Shown here piece by piece: positions 36,285 through 48,764 of a DNA stretch of 64,000 nt. The position numbers were made by a program, and so were the translations under genes. The DNA is from Octopus bimaculoides (lineage: Eukaryota), in NCBI RefSeq assembly GCF_001194135.2, contig NC_068983.1, positions 54,168,193-54,232,192 on the forward strand. Direction: 5' to 3'. Under the pieces are notes generated by a model that worked only from the letters and a program-made list of their open reading frames with translations, did not search any database and was not told where the DNA came from. Position 1 is the first letter of the stretch; each line of letters starts with the position of its first letter.

Positions 36285-36502
36285 GGGTGGTGAGCTGGCA
36301 GAATTGTTAGCACGCCAGGCGAAATGCTTAGCGGTATTTCGTCTGCTGTTACGTTCTGAGTTCAAACTTCACCGAGGTCGACTTTGCCGAGGTCGATAAA
36401 ATAAGTACCAGTTACGCACTGGGGTCGATGTAATCAAATTAAACCATTTGTCTATCTTTGTTTGTCCCTTCTATGTTTAGCCTCCTGTGGGCAATAAAGA
36501 AG
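36285..36502 (+). mobile_element. SINE family C inserted in the RTE, 12-bp TSD
   Basis: TSD tataagtgtaaa at 36273-36284 and 36503-36514; CpG-rich core. Confidence 0.9.
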
Positions 36503-36608
36503 TATAAGTGTAAAAAAAGGTAAGACAGAATAAAAGGAAGCAAATATAAAAGTAGATGGACAGAAGCTTGAACAACTAAAAAACTTCAAATATTTAGGAG
36601 AAATTAAC

Positions 36609-36890
36609 GGGCACTCCATCAGTTACAATGACAGGGGTTCCAGTTGATCTGATCAATGGAACAACCTGCTCATAAAAATTATGTGTGGGTGGCTGAGCAC
36701 TCTACAGACACATATACTCTTAGCATAGATCTCTGGGAGATTCAGCATCACACAGAAATGTGACAAGGCTGGCCATTTGAAATACAAATACAACACATTT
36801 TCGCCAGGACTCAACATGCCACTGAGAATCAAACTCATGACCTTACAATTGTGGGCTGAATACCCAAACCACTAAGCTATGTGCTTTCAC
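36609..36890 (-). mobile_element. SINE family D inserted in the RTE
   Basis: ggttccagttgatctgatcaatggaacaacctgctc...aaaccactaagctatgtgc. Confidence 0.8.
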
Positions 36891-38403
36891 TTTACTACAA
36901 ATATTAAATCAGGAAGGTCAGTGTGTAGAAGGTACTTGAAGAATAAATAAAGCTAAAATTACATTCATAACAATGAGACATAATACTAAACTTAATATGG
37001 CTGTTATATTATGCCAGTTATTCTGTATGGAGCAGAAACATAGACACAATGTACAGAACAAAGGAGAAGATAGGTGCCTTTGAGATGTGTATCATATGTA
37101 GATTGAGCAGAATACATTGGAAAGATGTGGTAATAAATGCTGTAGTACTAGAAAAGCTGAAAGTTCAAATCCACCAATTGTTGAGAATCAGGTCCTCAAA
37201 GATATCACATTTAGGGCATACAACACTGTTATGGTGAGAATGGACTAGCTGAACTAAGTTGCAGCGTGTTTGACTGAGAGGAGAGATGAGAAAGGAAGTC
37301 GAAAGGTGTTGTTTGTGAGTTTGTTGAGTCACAGGAAATTGCTGAGAGTTGTTTTGGATTGGTTACAGTTGTTGGCATAGTATTTGAGAATACATCAAGT
37401 GGAGGCAGTAGGTGTCTACCCCGTTCCATGGTACTATATATCACACTGTATTAGTGCATGACACTAAAAGTAACATGTACAGAAACCATATTATAAAAAA
37501 ACACACAAGTCACTGATCAAGACTACCCTGAGATGAAGTATGGAGAGCCAGAGGCACTCAAAGACACTTGTGAACTGACAGGACCAAAGACTGGACTGGA
37601 AACAAGAGCCTAACTGATTGTATGCATAGAGCATAACACAGAGGGAAGTAGTGAGTCTAGGCAGACCAACCACTGGACAGGGAAGGTGCCTGGCTTATGG
37701 CAGCCAGTGACATTCCTACATGAGATTCGTCAACTCTGATGTAGGAAACAATGAATGATGCATTGAGTGAAGCTGCAAATAGCTGCGAGGTCATCTGTTA
37801 TATAAAAAAAAATTATATTAGGCATCTGAATTTGTATCTCAACATGAGTCCATAACCTAAGGACCAGTTATATACTGGGGTCAAATATACAATTAAACAA
37901 TGCGTCTTCTCTTACAAAACTGATTTTGAGTCTAGTCAATAGAAATCAATATTACAGCAATGGAAAACTAGCAGAAAATAGAAATCCAGCGCAGTCTAAG
38001 TGATCAGATATATTCCATTGAAATAGTTTTTGGTTTATTTATTGAAGCAGTGGTACATTCACATGTTTATGATGTTCATGTAACCAAATATCGTTAATGT
38101 TGAACCAGTCAATGAAGTTTTTCTCTCCAGTTGTAATAATAGAAATCACAGAATACTTACACACACATGTATTTTAGCAACAGTAATAATAGTAGCTTTA
38201 TATGGTTAATATAAAACTATTACTTTATATTAAACATACAAGAAATATGAAACTCGCAGAGTTATTTTATATCAGGTTAAGAAATTTATTGTAACTTATT
38301 ACTCTGAGTTCCTTGCTAGGTGTGGCTTTCAGACATGCAAAAAGCACTCTGAAGGTAAAACTTGTCAGACTTTATATAAATACGTACATACATACATTTC
38401 TTG

Positions 38404-38438
<35 letters not shown>

Positions 38439-38575
38439 TAGTTTGGCAGTACAAACAGAAAAAATAAAACTCACTATGCAAAGTAAAGCATATATGTTTC
38501 TTAATTAGCTGTAAAGCTACACATGTGACTTAAAGCCAAAATACATACATACACTCACATTATTTATATATATGT

Positions 38576-38760
38576 TATCCCTTTTGATACCAACCTGCCT
38601 GAATCCACCTCTGATTCTATGATACAAACTTCCTGTTTTAAAGAAATCTAAATCAAAACCTTCCAGCTAAATTTTATGGTAATTTATGTTCCAAACATCA
38701 GGTTAATAAGGACAAAGTTATTTTTGAAATTAATTGAAAGAAAATGTCTTTCAACATAAG
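38576..38760. mobile_element. Partial second copy of the 16074-16296 piggyBac-type MITE
   Basis: Reverse-complement alignment, including aatttatgttccaaaca and aattaattgaaagaaa. Confidence 0.7.
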
Positions 38761-38789
38761 TATAGTATGAAAAAGGTTAATGCACACAT

Positions 38790-38856
38790 ATGGAATATAT
38801 ATATATATATATATATATATTCCATATGTGTGCATTATATATATATATATATATAT

Positions 38857-38917
<61 letters not shown>

Positions 38918-39120
38918 TGGGTGTAAGTGTGTGTGTATGTATGTATGTATATACATATATATTTATGTATATACTAATATATACTTTTGTTATTTACACC
39001 ACCTGTCCTCGTCTGTTGTTATTATTTGTATATTCTCCTACATATATATTTATATGTGTGTATGGGTGGGTATGTGTGTGTATATATATATATATATATA
39101 GATATGTATGTATGTCTTAA
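38790..39120. repeat. Compound (TA)n/(TG)n microsatellite
   Basis: Seen directly in the sequence. Confidence 0.95.
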
Positions 39121-39345
39121 TACATACGCATTTGCATATAGTGGAACAACAGTGTATATTTTAAGTTGGTAAACAAGGTACATAAAATATGACCACCCCT
39201 CCTTTGTCATAGTTCAGATCTATAGGGTAAACCACTCTAAACAGTCTAATTATGCACACTTTCTAATCTCACACTTCCACAGTCAGTGTGTGTGTGTGTA
39301 TATCTATCTATCTATCTATATATATATATATATATNNNNNNNNNN

Positions 39346-39381
<36 letters not shown>

Positions 39382-39750
39382 CGAAATTTTACTTGTTTGA
39401 TAAATGGCTTAATCTGAGACTGCCACTATCTGTTCAAACTGAAATGAGGAAAGGAAACATTTAAGAAGGCACAAAGTCATTTATATCCACTTTTCATTTA
39501 TTTCTGTGTATTTACTGTCTATTATAAGGATTCAAAAAGTTTTGTCGTACTTCTGCAAATTGATACTGACACACTTAAACAGCTCTGAGATGTAAGAGAA
39601 TAACGTCAGTAAACAAGTCACAGAATTGCAATAAAACTTTTTGAGAAATCAGAATAGACAGTACTATTAAAAAACAGACATAAAGTGAATATAAAGAGTT
39701 TTGCTGTCTTCTTGAATGACTAAAATGACTCTTCCACAATGTAGACATGT

Positions 39751-40055
39751 CATCATCATCGTCATCATCATCGTTTAACGTCCGCTTTCCATGCTAGCAT
39801 GGGTTGGACGATTTGACTGAGGACTGGTGAAACCGGATGGCAACACCAGGCTCATATCTGATTTGGCAGAGTTTCTACAGCTGGATGCCCTTCCTAACGC
39901 CAACCACTCAGAGAGTGTAGCGGGTGCTTTTACGTGTCACCCGGATGAAGGCCAGTCAGGCGGTACTGGCAACGGCCACGCTCAAAATGGTGTATTTTAT
40001 GTGCCACCTGCACAAGTGCCAGTCCAGGGGCACTGGCAAAGATCTCGCTCGAAAA
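39751..40055 (-). mobile_element. SINE family A
   Basis: (CAT)n gtttaacgtccgctttccatgctagc... running into a gap. Confidence 0.9.
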
Positions 40056-40268
40056 NNNNNNNNNNTATATATATATATATGTATATATATATAATCAAAA
40101 TAAGCAACAAGGATATCCAGAGGTAATGCAGTACGATCATTTCAAGCAACTCCATCTAATTGAACAATGCAATCATTACATCAATTTAAATGCAGAGCAA
40201 TCCTCAGCTGCATAAAGACATAGAATCTAAATAAATTAAAACAAATGGACACATTAGTATGATTTTAC

Positions 40269-40347
40269 CTAAAATCTCCAAGAAGGTAAAGCTGAAGTGA
40301 AGACAGCATGTTCTTTGTCTATCTCCTTACCTTCTTGGAGATTTTAG
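40269..40347. repeat. Perfect 21-bp inverted repeat with a 37-nt loop
   Basis: ctaaaatctccaagaaggtaa (40269-40289) / ttaccttcttggagattttag (40327-40347). Confidence 0.95.
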
Positions 40348-40710
40348 ACTGCGACCATGCTGGAGCAGCACCTTGAAGAATTGCTAGTTGAATGAAGTGA
40401 CTCCATTGCTGGTATTTTTTAAAGCCTGGTACTTATTCTATCGGTCACTTTTTCTGAACTGCTAAGTTACAGGGATATAAACACAGCAACATCAGTTGTC
40501 AAGTGGTGGTGGGAGACAAACACAGACACATACACATATCTATACCAACAGGCTTCTCTTAGTTTCCATCCACTAAATCCACTTACAATGCTTTGGTCAA
40601 CCCAAGGCTATAGTAGAAGACACTTGTCCCAGGTGCCACACAGAAGAACTGAACCAGGAACCTTGTGGTTGAGTAGAAAGCTTCTTACCACACAGTCACA
40701 CCAGCACCTA
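40348..40710 (-). mobile_element. SINE family B, 3'-truncated at the inverted repeat
   Basis: actgcgaccatgctggagcagcacc...cttcttaccacacagtcacacc. Confidence 0.85.
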
Positions 40711-40817
40711 TTACAACAAGCAAACACTTTTCTCTCCAATTTTACCAAGTACTCAATATTATTCATCATAAGAGACAAAGATATCCATTCCCCCACACTA
40801 CTTTTTTGCTTTACTCG

Positions 40818-40871
<54 letters not shown>

Positions 40872-41197
40872 CCTCCTCTCTAATCTTTGATTTCTCCGTG
40901 ACTTGCTTTCTACGAATATTATATTCATTCAACTATGTGGGTTTATATTTAAATTTATATTGTTGTTAGAGCAATTATAATATTAAAAATGTCCAGATAT
41001 AGATTTTTTCTTTCATCAGGATCTATACTATATCAAGTTTATCATGATAAGGATTAAAGTTCAAATTCAAATTTACATTTAATATCTTTCTCTCTTTCAT
41101 TTTTCTTTTGAAATTCTAGTCATTATATATATTTTTTTTACCAACTTAAAAAAATTCAAATGAGGAAAGAAAAGAAAGGAAATATAATTATATGTAA

Positions 41198-41560
41198 ATA
41201 TGAATTTAAACTTTAAACCTTATAAAACTGCACTGGTTCGAGAGAGATCCATGAAAGATTACATATAGTGTATAAAATAGAAATTAAAAAATTTGTAATA
41301 GCTATATTCATATATTGCCATATATACGAACTTGCACTATCATACATACATATGCATACATACAGACACACACACATATGAATATTTAAACTTTAAACCC
41401 TATGAAACTGCACTGGTTAGAGAGGGAGAAAGATCTGAGAATAATTGCATTTAATGTAAGAAGTAGATATTAAAAAATCTGTAGTAGCTATATACATACG
41501 TTTCCATATATACAAACTTGCATTATCATACTTATACACATGTACAGCTACATACACAGG
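41198..41560. repeat. Diverged tandem duplication, period about 180 bp
   Basis: tttaaactttaaacc.tat.aaactgcactggtt at 41205 and 41385, colinear through aacttgca.tatcatac. Confidence 0.85.
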
Positions 41561-41608
41561 CACACATATAGTTACATACATATATGTGTGTGTATGTGTG
41601 TGTGCATA

Positions 41609-41649
<41 letters not shown>

Positions 41650-41704
41650 NNNNNNNNNNCCTCTGTGTGTGTGTGCGTATGTGTGTGTGCGTATGTGTGT
41701 GTGC

Positions 41705-41743
<39 letters not shown>

Positions 41744-41754
41744 CAGGCCTGGTT

Positions 41755-42060
41755 CTCTGTCGGTTACAACAAGTGTTCCAGTTGATCTGATCAACTGAAC
41801 AGCCAGTTCATAAAATTTATGTGCAAATGGCTGACCACTCTACAGAACAGATTATGTAGTTCCAGGGAGATTCAGTCTGACATAGATTGTGACAAGTGTA
41901 GCCCTCTGAAATACTGGTACAGCTCATTTTTGCCAGCTGAGTGAACTGGAGCAATGAGATACAGAGTGTCATGATGAAGGACATTATGTGCCACTGGGGA
42001 TTGAACTCACAACGTTATGACTCTGAACTGAATATCCTAGTACCTAAGCCACATGCCTTC
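41755..42060 (-). mobile_element. SINE family D
   Basis: gttccagttgatctgatcaactgaacagcc...gagtgaactggagcaa...ggattgaactcacaac. Confidence 0.8.
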
Positions 42061-42074
42061 ACATATTCATATTT

Positions 42075-42238
42075 ATATGTGGTTGGTGTTAGGAAAGGCA
42101 TCCAGCTGTAAAAACCCTGCCAAAACTGACAGTGAAGCCTGGTGCAGTCTTCTGCCTAGCCAGCCCCTGTCAAATCATCCAACCCATGCCAGCATGGAAA
42201 AACGGACCTATGATGATGATGAGGATGAGGATGATGAT
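42075..42238 (+). mobile_element. SINE family A 3' part
   Basis: ttaggaaaggcatccagctgt...ccaacccatgccagcatggaaaaacggac (GAT)n. Confidence 0.85.
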
Positions 42239-42672
42239 ATATATATATATATATCCCTTTTAATGTCCACTTGCATGAATTCATTGAGGCAGATTTTCTT
42301 CATCTGGGTATCCTTCCAGCTGCAAACCCTCCATTTCCAAGCACAGTAATGTTTCCCCATGGCTGAACATGTTTTCACTGAAAACTGTTATGAAATGACA
42401 CCACTTGCATGATGGTGACACTTGTTTACAGCTATCAAGTGGTGTGAAGATGAGCACACACACACACACACACATACAGTAGGCTTCTTTTAAGGACTAT
42501 CTACCAAATCCACTGTGGTAAAAAGTTTGCTTTGCAACCATGACATTTTGGGTTCAAGCACACTGTACAACCAACACCTTAGGCAAGTGTCTCCTACTAC
42601 AACTCCAGAATGACTAATGTCTTGTGGCTGACTTGGGAGACAGAAACTGTACAAAGCCCATCACACACACAC

Positions 42673-42721
<49 letters not shown>

Positions 42722-43441
42722 TTGAGAGAAAGAAATACAGAGAGAGAGAGAGAGAGAAATAGAGAAAGTGAGAAATACAGAGGAAAATGCAATAAGATAT
42801 TTTCTAAAACAGATCAATTAAAAAAAATATAAATTTAATTCCGTGATAGAATGGTAAGATATCTGAAAGTATGATACCTGATCATATAAAAATTGGGAGG
42901 AAAAGAAAAGCAAATTCTCATATTTCCTGAGAAGAATATCTTTAAATGAAAAACAAGGATGGGAAAAAAAAAATGCATTTATAACAAAATGAATGAGTGT
43001 CAAGAGACATCACAGCTATTTAGTTAGTTAAAAGAATTGCTATCATTTTTGTTTTCTTCTCTGAAGAATCAAGGTCAGTTGTAAAAATATAAGGGAAAAA
43101 AATTTAAAGAAAGCAAAAGAAAATTGGGCAACAAGAAATGCCAAAATAGGTGATGGGGGAGAGAATATATGAAAGTGGGAGGCTGGAGAAAGAAATAAGA
43201 GACTGTGAATGAAAAATAGATAAAGACCTCAAGACCTCAAGGTGATGGTGTTGCCAAGATATAAAAAAAAAATTAAGAAAACAGAAATGAAGGATAGAAG
43301 AGATATGAAAATAAATAAAATGCAATAATAAACTATGAACTACAATTTAACTTTCAAATAAGTTCAGATTGTGGAAAACAAGAATGAAAGAAAAAAAAAA
43401 AGGGAAAAAATAAAAGAAAATGAAAGAGAGAATGCACTCAC

Positions 43442-43478
43442 CCTTTGCCATTTCTTCTCTGTAACGCCTCTCAATAAA
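43442..43478 (-). CDS. 37-nt exon of an unidentified minus-strand gene (FIERRYREEMAK)
   Basis: Long pyrimidine tract ttttatatttttcttctttcag, donor AGG|gtgagt; GC-richer island in AT-rich sequence; phase 0 to 1. Confidence 0.6.
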
Positions 43479-44484
43479 CTGAAAGAAGAAAAATATAAAA
43501 TAAATGAATAAAATAAGAATATTTTTTCAAAATGTATTAAAAAAAACAACAAAAGACAAAAAATATTAGTTGAAAAGAAAGAGTTTTTATTAGTATTTTA
43601 TTAATATTTAATTTCAAATATTGTATTTTTCTATTGGAAACTTTATGATCATAAAGAGATTAAATAAAATTAAAACAAAAAAATTATAGAAAGGAAGAAG
43701 AATAGTTCGTAACCACCCACTAAATCAGAGGAACGTTAAGACAAAAATATAGGAGAGAGAGAGAGGAAGAGAGAGTGAAAAAATTATACGCTGAAATAAT
43801 AATGAGCTTTGATCATTACCATGAAAACTTGAAATGGAGCAATGATCATTTAAATAAAATATACAACAGTATCAGTCTAGACGTTAGTCATGGTAGAGCA
43901 TTGATTTATTTTCATATCGTTTCAATCAAGAACCAGACACTAATTTTTTGACTATCTATCTGTATATATGTACATCATGTCATGATTTACATTTTACAAC
44001 ATATACCTCTATCTATCTATCTATCTATTATATATAAGTATGATTGGATGCACTAAGCACATGACAATTAAACCACATAGGTATCAAATCAGATCTAATG
44101 TTAATCGTGCTGAACTCCCGCCATCGCTTATACATACAGATTGTCCGTATCCAAGGGTGGGCTATGATGTAATACAAAGGACACTGTATTAACAATAACA
44201 GCATAGAATATGGGCATAGCTTCATACTTCTTTATTCCAGTGGCTACATATGTTTCAGTATTTGGCAACACATGACATCACAATAGATGCAACCAGTAGA
44301 TGCAGCTTACAAGGGCCAGCATGGAATAAATTATCAGAAAATTGAAAAAGATTGTATGATGATGTGCTTTGACAGACTGACAACATGCTTGCTCCATACT
44401 GGTCCTATAAACTGCTTTGAGTGGTTGCATCTGGAATGTGATGTTATGTGTTGCTGAATACTGACGTAACAACTGGGAATAATT

Positions 44485-44520
<36 letters not shown>

Positions 44521-44522
<2 letters not shown>

Positions 44523-44776
44523 TGGCTCCTGTGCAAGTGGCACGTAAAATACACCATTTTGAGTATGGCTGTTGCCAGTATCGCCTGACTGGCCTTTGTG
44601 CCGGTGACATGTAAAAACACTCTCAGAGTGGTTGGCATTAGGAAAGGCATCCAGCTGTAGAAACTCTGCCAGATCATATTGGAACCTGGTGCAGCCATCT
44701 GGTTTCACCAGTCCTCAGTCAAATCGTCCAACCCATGCTAGCATGGAAAGCGGACGTTAAACGACGATGATGATGA

Positions 44777-44780
<4 letters not shown>
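44521..44780 (+). mobile_element. SINE family A
   Basis: ggcattaggaaaggcatccagctgtagaaac...ggacgttaaacgacgatgatgatg. Confidence 0.9.
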
Positions 44781-44863
<83 letters not shown>

Positions 44864-45256
44864 TAGTCTCTGTTGCTTATACTTGGGAATCCAGCCAGAA
44901 AGCCTAATGATTTCTGACAGAACCTTATGGAAGAAGTGCCTGATGATGCTACCCTCATGGCACTCCCAGGAATTGTGAGTGGAGAGTATATATGTATGTA
45001 TGAATGTTTGTTAAGTGCCTCACACAAAAGTCTTAACCATTGATTCACTCTGTAACTTCTGCTGATTAAACATATGAAAATATAGACACAGAATTTCAGA
45101 TTTAGGCCCACTGCATGGCACTTTAGGTATACACTGCCTACTATAACTCTGCACCAACCAATGCCAAGTGAAGGAATTTGGTAGACGAACACTTCCTGAA
45201 GACCAGTATGTGTATGTGTGTATGTGTGTGCGTGCGCTCACGTGCACATGTAGATA

Positions 45257-45368
45257 TTGACATTTCTGTTTCTTCGCATGAGATCATCAGAGCAAAAGAT
45301 GGGGATGCTATATTTAAATTCACCATTCTTTGCTCAGACAGTCTCTTGCAAAGAAATAGAAATGTCAA
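45257..45368. repeat. Imperfect hairpin (40-bp arms, 33/40 complementary)
   Basis: ttgacatttctgtttcttcgcatgagatcatcagagcaaa vs tttgctcagacagtctcttgcaaagaaatagaaatgtcaa. Confidence 0.8.
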
Positions 45369-45599
45369 CATTCATGTATTCTCACTCATACACACTCTCA
45401 CATTTGTATAAATATATATTTCTACGTATGTATATCTATTATCTATCTCTCCACTCTCACACACATATATACATAAATGCTTTCTGAGATAAACATACAC
45501 TTCATTATTTTAATAGCTCCAAGGAATCTGTACGATGTTGCACAAGCACTCAGCTCTTGGAACATCCTATGTTTGTGTGTGTGTGTGTGTGTGCATGCA

Positions 45600-45800
45600 T
45601 TTGTGTTTGTTTCCCCACCTAGTCACTTTACAAACGGCGTTGGCTTATTTGCATCCCTTAGCACAACTTAGCAATAGAGAACAAGAGAATATGTATCGGA
45701 CTTAAAATATAAGGACAAGGGTTGATTTGTTTGACTAAAATGTTTCAAGATAGGGCTTCAGCATGGCCACAGTCCAATGATAGAAGTAGAAAAGGATTAA
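45600..45800 (+). mobile_element. SINE family B, 3' half, diverged
   Basis: gttgatttgtttgactaaaa...cagcatggccacagtccaatga. Confidence 0.7.
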
Positions 45801-46744
45801 AAACACAACCCATCAGGACTCTTGAAAAACAAGATGAAATAGAACCACTCATAGATAATGATGTCCACCAAACTGAACATGTTTAACAATATTTAAATGT
45901 TGTACACCAGGTGAGTTCTCTTGATAGAGGGTTTTCTAACCAAAATATTGAAATATTAGATAAAATCATTTTGCTGTATATTTCATGATAAAGCAATTTT
46001 TTTGGTTTTGTCTTTTATTTATATTTTATTTCACAATTTGTATTATAGTGGCTTCTTGAAGCACACAACTAATTTACAATGCTTCATAGAAAATATTACT
46101 CTAACACACACACACATGATCTAAAGTTCACACAATAGGAGATGTGGGCTTTATATGTCTGAAAGAATCTCTCTCTTTCTGTATGTATATATGTATATGT
46201 ATGTATATATGCATATGTATGTGTGTATATATGCATATGTATATGTGTATATATATTTACACATACACATATACAGAGTCCTACCCCCTGCCAGCACAGA
46301 AAATGCACATTAAATGAATATATATAATTCAATTTTACATCTATTTGTCCATACAAGCATGGGTGAGACACATATGTTACTGAGGCATTGTTTTATACTA
46401 AACCATTATCTGTTTTTCAATTAGAGTCTCTTACTCCACAAGTCACAGAGTGAATGACTGTTGATGGGAGAAATGACAACTTCACTGCTCACAGGTCGTG
46501 ATTTTCACAGAAGCAAGAACATACATATCTCTCATTCCTGTAGAATTTTCTCTGAGAAATGAAAGGAGATAGGATGAATATACATTGTGAACTACTTGTA
46601 TCCTTTTATGCATGAATATAACTATATTTTTAATGTGTAAATACTGGGCAGCCATTGACTTTTTCTTTACAAAGGGTTTTTAACCCAATATTTACACTCC
46701 ATAAAAGAATTATTTCATGTTCTCTTGAAGTTTCTAAAGTCATA

Positions 46745-46950
46745 TAATCTTTTCTACTCTAGGCACAAGGCTTGAAAATTTTGGGGAGGGGGCCAGTTGA
46801 TTAGATACACAACTGTTACTTAATTTATCAACCCCAAAAGGATGAAAGGCAAAGTCGAACTTAGTGAAATTTGAACTCAGAATGTAAAGACAGGAAAAAT
46901 ACTGTTAAAGCATTTCACCCGGCATGCTATTGTTTCTGCCAGCTTGTAAC
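46745..46950 (-). mobile_element. SINE family C
   Basis: aaaggatgaaaggcaaagtcgaac...tttgaactcagaatgtaaagacag. Confidence 0.8.
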
Positions 46951-47359
46951 CTTCTAAAGTCATATAATGTCAAATATATTGTTGTAGTTTAGTCCCCGGT
47001 CAACTCTAATCTAGTAGGCCTATAAACAAAAAGCATTGAAATAGTGATAATTCTCTCTTTGATTTACATACACATGCATGAACATGTGCATGCATGCAGG
47101 CTTTATTGAGAGAGAGAGAGAGAAAATATTTGTTTTCCCTTTGTCCTCATATGTGTTCATTGACTGTAACACACTAAGAGCTTCTCTATCAATACGGGCA
47201 ATGTCCTTTGTTTTTCAATCTTGACATGTTTTGACATGTTCTATGATCTTTGTAAAACAAATGAATCATGTAACTGGTGTCATTTGTCTCCGATTATCAA
47301 TGTAACTTGTCTGGGCTGTTTGTTGTTTGATAGACTGGGAGATTATTGCCTTGTTTGCA

Positions 47360-47905
47360 AATAGGTGAGGGTTAGTTACAAGAAGGGCATCCAGCCATAG
47401 AAAATCTGTCTCAACAAATTCAAAAATTCACCTGACCCATGCAAGCATGAAGAAGTGGACGTTAGGCACCAGCATGGCTGTATGGTAGGAAGTTTGCTAC
47501 CCGACCCCATGGTTCCAGATCTAGTCCCACTGCATGGCACCTTGGGCGATTGTCTTCTAGTACAACCTCAGGCCGACCAAAGCCTTGTCAGTAGATTTGG
47601 TAGGTGGAAACTGAAATAAGCAAGTCATATACCTATCTATCTATAAATCTATCTATCTATCTATGTGTGTATCTATGTGTGTATGTATCTGTGTGTGTGT
47701 ATGTCTTTGTGTTTGTCTCCCACCACTGCTTGACAACCAGTGTTGGTGTGTTTACATCCCCGTAACCTAGTAGTTCAATAAAAAAGAACAACAAAATAAG
47801 TATCATGCTTAAAAATATAAAAAGTACTAGGGTTGATTCATACGACTAAAACTTTTTGAAGGCGATGCCCCAGCATGGCCACAGTTCAATGACTGAAACA
47901 AAAAG
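47360..47905 (+). mobile_element. SINE family A 3' end followed by a near full-length family B copy
   Basis: aagggcatccagccatag...ggacgttag; then agcatggctgtatggtagg...ccccagcatggccacagttcaatgactgaaac. Confidence 0.8.
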
Positions 47906-48764
47906 AAATTAAACACTAAAACAATGATGATGACATAATATGGCTACAGCTACCTTATCAAAAGTATCATTCCTTTTTAAAGACAACTCTGTGTGATTTG
48001 ATAAAAATTTTACCTACTATTTTAACCACATCAAATGATTCTATATTGTCAATACTGATTCAGTAGAACTCAGATCAAAGCAGTTTTGGCTGTAACCATC
48101 TCATATTCTATTTTTTATTTTGTCTCTTTTCATTTTTAGGACAGTAAAGTATGATTTGAAGGCTGCTATACCTCCCTATCTCAATAAGTCGAGCAACCAC
48201 ACAGAATCACTCTTATCAATTCAGTGTGTGTATGTATGTATGTATGTATGTATAAAGTGTGAGATAGTTGTTCTTTAATATATATTAGTAATAGAGTTCT
48301 GGCTGTCAAAACTGTACCAGCTAATGCTTTATAACACAAACATTTCACCTTACATGATCTGTGACAGCTTATGGTCAAGTGAAATGTGATATCAAAGAAC
48401 AGTAGCCAGAACTAATGGCTGGTAGGAATTTCAAACATGAAGCATCACAAGGAATTAAGTATTTCAACCAGTCTTGGAAAAGAGTAAAAATCACTTAAAA
48501 TGCATACAGATGCACACATACACATGTAGACTTATATATATTTATCCATCTTGTATTGACTGTTGGGAAAAGAATACCATAGTAGAGATTAATAATATAT
48601 TTTGATCAGGTCAGTCTCATGCTACTCTGAGTTTTGCCTGTGAGTGTACAGGGTAATATATATATATATATATATATGATAATATAGATGATATATAAAT
48701 ATATGCATATATCCATACATATATATACATACCTACATCTATATGTATACATACATGCATATAT

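Larger units (their letters stand above)
36100..37730 (+). pseudogene. RTE-clade LINE RT/3' region, decayed and interrupted by insertions
   Basis: IRHADDTVLLEGSNEKLQ, VDGQKLEQLKNFKYLG, ILYGAET*T...IGAFEMCIICRLSRIHWKDVVINAVVL, DRTKDWTG..LTDCMHRA. Confidence 0.85.

Noticed and set aside
39385-39460. Minus-strand acceptor tttcctttcctcatttcag
   Set aside because: All three frames stop before a usable donor.
42800-42875. Minus-strand GIILSDILPFYHGIKFIFFL, vaguely REEP/DP1-like
   Set aside because: It lacks the family spacing, has no donor, and its composition is explained by A/T-rich sequence.
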